A stretch of 63,472 nucleotides of DNA, counting the filler, from Intoshia linei (lineage: Eukaryota; Animalia; Orthonectida), in the NCBI GenBank assembly GCA_001642005.1. It is 9 parts of 9 records of this genome, joined end to end, with 100 filler letters (N's around TTAATTAATTAA, not from the genome) between each part and the next. Parts side by side here need not be neighbours in the genome. Positions count along the whole stretch, not along the records: positions 61,186 to 63,472 come from LWCA01002352.1; 8 more parts are not named here. The stretch is one strand, 5' to 3'. The notes under the pieces are model-generated. The model was not told where the DNA came from, made no database searches, and saw only the letters and a list, made by a program, of their open reading frames with translations. The position numbers were made by a program, and so were the translations under genes. Of this stretch, positions 61,086 through 63,472 are shown piece by piece. Numbering within the stretch: position 1 is the stretch's first letter; each line of letters opens with the position of its first letter.

Positions 61086-63472
61086 NNNNNNNNNNNNNNN
61101 NNNNNNNNNNNNNNNNNNNNNNNNNNNNNTTAATTAATTAANNNNNNNNNNNNNNNNNNNNNNNNNNNNNNNNNNNNNNNNNNNNTGATTAATTTTACAA
61201 ATAATAAATGTCTAAATGTTAATAAAATTACTAATTTTTAATTCATAATAGTATTTTTAATATTTGCGATCAGCTGTCTACAGCAAGCACATTATTGCTG
61301 GTGCCACCCCTGTCTATTCTATATCTAACTTTGATTAAAATTCAATTCGATACCGATGATGATAATTCAATAATGCTAAATACATTTCAATATTACTCGA
61401 CTTCATTCAATATTGAAGTGTTAATTAAATATATGTTCAATCAAATCACTATAACTTAATATTATTGTGTTTTATACATTGCATTTTGATCAGATGGATT
61501 GTCCACGGCAGCACGTTGTGCACCCTGTTCTAGATCCTTAGAGATAACATTTTTATTAACGGAATTTTTGGTTCATACAAATTCGTTCAGAAAAAATAAA
61601 TAATTCGAAATTCCGTTAAAATAGAATTTTTCCGCTAACAATAATTCCATTAATAAGGACTTACACTGTACTAGTTCACACAAACTTTTTATATTTATTA
61701 TTATTTCAAATGTTATTTTGTATTAATATTTATATCGTACAACTGAAAACATTGAGTACTAACCACCCTTGTTTCTCAGACACATGCGATACCATTATGA
61801 CATAATTTATAGTATTTATAAATGTAACATGAGTCATACTTTTATCAGGTTTGGCATTACAATTACGAAACGCTGGTATGTATCCTGTACACTGTACACA
61901 GTCATGTTTAAGATGGAACTGCGGGCCATCCGTGACAGCAGAAATTTTTAAAAAGCATATATTTGTGAAATACATTTTTGATAACTACAGTTTTATTTGC
62001 ATAAAATATACTATTATTTTGAATATCCGATAAAAACTTTTCAACAACACTTTTAGTGCATTCATCTACATTGATTTGATAGGCACGTATCGGTTTACAT
62101 TGATTTATATCTAAATTTATTAAAATTACTAAATATATATAAATATATTTTACCCCTAAATAATTATTTACATATGTTAACAAATTTATATATTTGAATT
62201 TTTGAATTGAAATTTCTAGTTTTTGTTATATTGTGAAATATTATAATGATTCATTATTATTATAACTATATAATAATTATTTAATAATTCATATATCAAA
62301 TATCTAAATAGATGGATTATAAAAAACAAAAATTCAAAAAAAATCATTAAAATAATTGATTTGGTTTGGGTACCAACAGTGAGATATATCACAGTAAAAC
62401 CTCCGATATTCACACATTCCGTTATTCGCCTGATATTTTAAATCTCCATTTTGAGCGAATAACGAAGGTTATACTGTATATACAAAAATACAAAATATAC
62501 AATAAATAATATTATAATATGTGTTTTGTAATATACCAAATATGATGTATTGGAAATAAATTTCCATAAATTTTGTGAATTTTTTAATGTCATGAGTCAA
62601 AATTTTTTTCATACTGACAGCGATTTCTTTTTTTAATTCTTTGGTATCTATACATACATAATGCACATTAATCATAAACAAATAATGACACTATATTATA
62701 AATGTTAATAAAAGTTAGGATAATTATAATATTTATACAATAATGCTCATAATTAACACTTTGTTAATGAACTGTTAAAAGTTTAACACTTTAACACTCG
62801 AGAACTGCATATGCAGTTTGGAATGTAAACTTCAAATTGACGCTAATTTCTTAAACAAAAAACGTTTTACAAGCATGAATTTTCTTGTACATTTTTTGAG
62901 GTCACTGTGAAATTGTAGCATCATAAAAAATAAATTTATAAATCTCATTTTAAAAACATTTTGTTTAAAATTTAAATTAAAACTTCAACAACGAATTACT
63001 AAAAGTAATACCACGTTGTTATTATCATTTTTATATTTATTACAATCCTTTGCAATATTGGTAAAATTCACGTGAAATATGTTTATAAAGTGTTGATTCC
63101 GTTCAGTGGTAATAAATAAATTATTGCATTAGCAATAATTGCAATAAATTTATTGCAATAATTTAAAATATTTCAACAAAGTTATTATTAAAGTTTTATT
63201 AGTTAACTAATAATGAAGATCACTAAACTTACTTACCTAAATATATACTAAACTTTAAAATATATTATCACTCAAAAATCCCCTTTTCAATGAAATTTTT
63301 TGAAGCCTATGTTAACTTGAACAAAGTATGAAAATATGTGGGTTTCTAAGCTGTGTAAAAAAATGCGCAAAAAAAACGTGGTACCTGATACAGTAATTTA
63401 GAATCTCATTTGAGCGTTTCACATCCGAATTACAAAAAATTAGCTCTAGAAATGAATTCAGAAAGTATATTA

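Overview
Very AT-rich eukaryotic (animal) genomic scaffold, not prokaryotic. It consists of nine contigs joined by eight artificial 100-nt linkers (44N-TTAATTAATTAA-44N). Genes are split by GT-AG introns, many only 32-60 nt, so the ORF track misses several exons. The AT richness, tiny introns and divergent proteins suggest a genome-reduced invertebrate such as an orthonectid (inference only). Genes reconstructed by hand: 5' part of DDX1 (-, absent from the ORF track), head-to-head with a complete TRAPPC8 (+), which is tail-to-tail with the 3' half of CCT7 (-); the 5' part of a secreted/membrane Ig-domain gene (-); the 3' half of MIOS (+); an unidentified, possibly beta-propeller gene (-); MCM6 (-, C-terminal winged helix not found); and a neuroligin-like, catalytically dead cholinesterase-fold gene (+). 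The rest is largely transposon debris: Tc1/mariner, MULE, hAT (Buster, Ac-like, hATm), piggyBac and pogo MITEs, Helitron-like repeats and a decayed Ty3/Gypsy element. The most unusual structure is a 374-aa ORF created by a Buster hAT end sitting exactly in the YLDD motif of the Gypsy reverse transcriptase. I found no convincing evidence for a new multi-gene system, and no rRNA, tRNA or CRISPR array.
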